Positions 61,501 to 64,000 of a stretch of DNA of 64,000 nucleotides are shown here, in pieces. The DNA lies in the NCBI GenBank assembly GCA_027013575.1, contig JALWGN010000122.1, forward strand, positions 378-64,377, read 5' to 3'. Numbering within the stretch: position 1 is the first letter of the stretch; each line of letters starts with the position of its first letter. The notes below the pieces were generated by a model. The model was given only the letters and a program-made list of their open reading frames with translations. It ran no database searches and was not told the DNA's origin. This DNA comes from Desulfurobacteriaceae bacterium (GTDB lineage Bacteria > Aquificota > Aquificia > Desulfurobacteriales > Desulfurobacteriaceae). The position numbers were made by a program, and so were the translations under genes.

Positions 61501-64000
61501 GATCGTTGACTGGTACGTCAGAAAACCCCACGCAGTTTTAGCAGTCCTCCTCTTCTTCTGCGTAATCGGAGTAATTGGCTACTTCAAAATACCGAGAAAG
61601 TTCTTCCCCGACGCGAACAGGCCCCAGATTGCCGTTGTTACAATAGAGCCGGGAGCCTCCGCTTCAGACATCGCCTCCCACGTAACAAGGCCGATAGAAC
61701 AGAGGCTTAAAACCTTAGACCTTGTAAGAACAATCCGCTCTGTTTCAAAAGACGAAGTTTCGGTAGTTACAGTTGAGTTTGAGTATAAAAAGGGAATAGA
61801 CGCAGCAGCAACAGACGTTTCAAACGAGCTCTCAAAAGTTCTACCGTTCCTTCCAAAAGATATTCTCCCCCCACAGGTTTACAAGGTCACAGATGCAACG
61901 AGGCCTGTAATGGTTCTGGCCGTTTACCCCAAAAAAGGTTCTCACCTTTCCCTTGCTCAGGTGAGGGAGCTTGCAGAAAACGAGATAAAGGACGAACTAC
62001 TTAACCTACCCAACGTTTCAGATGTAGAAGTTTTCGGCGGATACAAGAGGGAGATCAGAGTCTACCCGGATTACCAGGCACTTGCCAAATACCACATCTC
62101 ACTCTTTCAGCTTGTTAACGCAATCAAAAGCAACAACAAAAACGCTCCGGTTGGCCTCATAATAAGCAAAAACGGCCTTGTAGTTCTGAAAATAAGGGAC
62201 GAAGCTGAAAGAATTGAGGAGATAAAGGACATCTACATAAAGCCCAACGTTCAGGTTAAAGACGTTGCAAAGGTTGAGTGGGGGTACAAAGACAGGCTCT
62301 CCGCCTACCACGGAAACGGCCACAAGGCCATAGGAATCTCCATCCTCCGCTCCCCCCACGGCTACGAGCTTCCAGCAATAGAATCTGTAATGGCCTACCT
62401 GCCAAAACTAAAAAAAGAGTACCCTCAGCTCAACTTCGTAGTTGCTGATACGCAGAAGTGGTTGATAGAGCTCTCCAACAAAAACATGCTTGAATCATTA
62501 AGAGACGCCGTAATCTTCACCCTCCTAGTAATCTTCCTCTTCCTTGCAAACGTCAGAATGCTCATAGTCTCCTTCTTCTCTGTTCCCATCACCTACACAA
62601 TAACAATCGGCCTCATGTGGCTCTTCGGCTTCAACTTCAACATCGTTACGCTAACGGCCGTAATCTTAGCCCTCGGTATGCTTACAGACGACGCCGTTGT
62701 CGTTCTTGAAAACATAGAAAGGCACTACTTTGAGCTGAAAAAGGACATCTGGCGGGCAACGATAGACGGAACAAAAGAAGTAATGCTCGCCGTTTTAAGC
62801 GGAACCTACACAACAGTTGCGATGCTCATTCCCATCGTCTTTATCGGCGGTTACGTTCAGCACATCCTCCGTCCTCTCTCTCTAACCCTCATAATCGCCC
62901 TTGTTGTCTCGTACTTTGTTGCAGTAACGGCAATTCCGATAACAGCCCCCTACATACTCAAGAAAACGCCGGATAAAAACTGGTTAGAGAGGAAAATCTA
63001 CGACTACTTTGTCGTTGCAGTCGTTTACAGGCTCAGAGATTTTTACGTCTGGCTTACAGAGGGAATGTTAAAGAGCTTCTGGCTAAAACTTGGAGTAATA
63101 CTCTTTGGATTCTTCCTCTTTGTAATAACGATGAAGAACGTTATCCCGGTTCTCGGCAGAGACCTAATGCCCCCGATGGATACAGGAATAGTAATCGTAA
63201 GGGCAGAAACAGACTCAAACACTTCCCTTGAGAAAACTGAAGAGGTCCTTACGAAAATGGAAAAAATCGTCTACTCAATGCCAGGAGTAATAAGGGTCTC
63301 ATCAACGATAGGTTCTGAGCCGGGAGTCCTGTCGTTTGGAAGCGGAAAGCCCCCACAAAGAATAGAGATGAAGATTCAGTTCATAGACCGTTTCCACAGG
63401 AAGAAGACGATATGGCAGATTGAGGAGGAGCTCCGGGAAAAGTTTCACAAAATACCAGACCTACGTTACGTAACAATAATGGACTTTGGAGCAACTCCCC
63501 TATCTTCTATTAAGGCAACAGTTGACGAGATGATATACGGAAGAGATCCTAAAATCCTAAACCAGATAGGCGAAAAACTTGTTCAGCTTATGCACAAAGT
63601 AAAAGGAATTAAAGACATCTCAAGAACCTGGTACATAGATAAAAAGGAGATTGTCCTCAAAGTTGATGCAAACAAAGCCTCACTCTACGGGCTAACTCCA
63701 CTACAGATAGCCCAGTACGTAGGTGGTTACGTGAGAGGAATTCCAGCATCCTCCTTCGTTGTTCCAATGGAAAACGGACTCTTAATCAGAGTAATCCTTC
63801 CAAATGACAAAAGAGATTACGTTGACAAGCTGAAAGACATTCCAATTCCGACAAAGAAAGGCTTCATCCCCCTCTCCTACTTCGTATCAATTAAGGAACA
63901 CCTGACCCAAACTGTAATAACCCACCAAGATTTACTGAACACACTTGACGTTTACGGCTACAGGGCAACTGCTCCAACAACCTTCGTTCAGATGCAGACA
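61493..64000 (+). CDS. RND-family inner-membrane efflux transporter (AcrB/CzcA-like), 5' part; continues beyond the window
   Basis: Own translation, open through the window end (836 codons): MGRIVDWYVRKPHAVLAVLLFFCVIGVIGYFKIPRKFFPDANRPQIAVVT... It contains the conserved LGMLTDDAVVVLENIER segment. The ATG overlaps the adaptor gene stop. Confidence 0.9.
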   Translation, partial: MGRIVDWYVRKPHAVLAVLLFFCVIGVIGYFKIPRKFFPDANRPQIAVVTIEPGASASDIASHVTRPIEQRLKTLDLVRTIRSVSKDEVSVVTVEFEYKKGIDAAATDVSNELSKVLPFLPKDILPPQVYKVTDATRPVMVLAVYPKKGSHLSLAQVRELAENEIKDELLNLPNVSDVEVFGGYKREIRVYPDYQALAKYHISLFQLVNAIKSNNKNAPVGLIISKNGLVVLKIRDEAERIEEIKDIYIKPNVQVKDVAKVEWGYKDRLSAYHGNGHKAIGISILRSPHGYELPAIESVMAYLPKLKKEYPQLNFVVADTQKWLIELSNKNMLESLRDAVIFTLLVIFLFLANVRMLIVSFFSVPITYTITIGLMWLFGFNFNIVTLTAVILALGMLTDDAVVVLENIERHYFELKKDIWRATIDGTKEVMLAVLSGTYTTVAMLIPIVFIGGYVQHILRPLSLTLIIALVVSYFVAVTAIPITAPYILKKTPDKNWLERKIYDYFVVAVVYRLRDFYVWLTEGMLKSFWLKLGVILFGFFLFVITMKNVIPVLGRDLMPPMDTGIVIVRAETDSNTSLEKTEEVLTKMEKIVYSMPGVIRVSSTIGSEPGVLSFGSGKPPQRIEMKIQFIDRFHRKKTIWQIEEELREKFHKIPDLRYVTIMDFGATPLSSIKATVDEMIYGRDPKILNQIGEKLVQLMHKVKGIKDISRTWYIDKKEIVLKVDANKASLYGLTPLQIAQYVGGYVRGIPASSFVVPMENGLLIRVILPNDKRDYVDKLKDIPIPTKKGFIPLSYFVSIKEHLTQTVITHQDLLNTLDVYGYRATAPTTFVQMQT

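Overview
Gene-dense 64-kb stretch of a bacterial chromosome with about 70 protein genes, many with overlapping or near-abutting start/stop codons. I found no rRNA, tRNA, CRISPR array, transposase or integrase. The gene content is split transketolase, a futalosine-type radical SAM enzyme, GatCAB, a Zn-finger DnaC-like loader and E/K/R/V-rich proteins. This suggests a thermophile of an Aquificota-like lineage, which is inference only. Most genes are housekeeping: nadA, guaA, guaB, purA, hisZ/A/B, thrC, dapA/B, argH, pheA, pyrD, gatCA, ruvX-rimM-trmD, smc and katG. The parts worth a second look are listed here.
1. A low-GC island at about 53.76-56.27 kb carries an R-M-like module. It has two different PD-(D/E)xK-type genes. 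Its SPPY (m4C-type) beta-class methyltransferase has a ribbon-helix-helix-like N-terminal extension, and a perfect palindrome lies on the shared divergent promoter.
2. A native, translationally coupled three-gene cassette of unknowns (4757-6186) ends in a predicted PD-(D/E)xK nuclease. An 18-bp perfect palindrome that looks like two back-to-back extended -10 boxes may drive it.
3. A full-length homologue of phage T4 RNA ligase 1 is start/stop-overlapped with hisA and followed by an HNH endonuclease.
4. A four-gene operon of secreted proteins and lipoproteins (42.36-46.91 kb) looks horizontally acquired.
5. A globin-coupled-sensor domain fused to a PsiE-like membrane domain sits between dapA and dapB.
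6. The palindrome GGAGCTCC is strikingly over-represented throughout the native DNA and missing from the putative islands.
7. dprA is frameshifted.
8. An ArsR-rhodanese-TauE operon includes a beta-carbonic-anhydrase-fold gene.
All functional calls rest on motif recognition by eye. No database search was possible.
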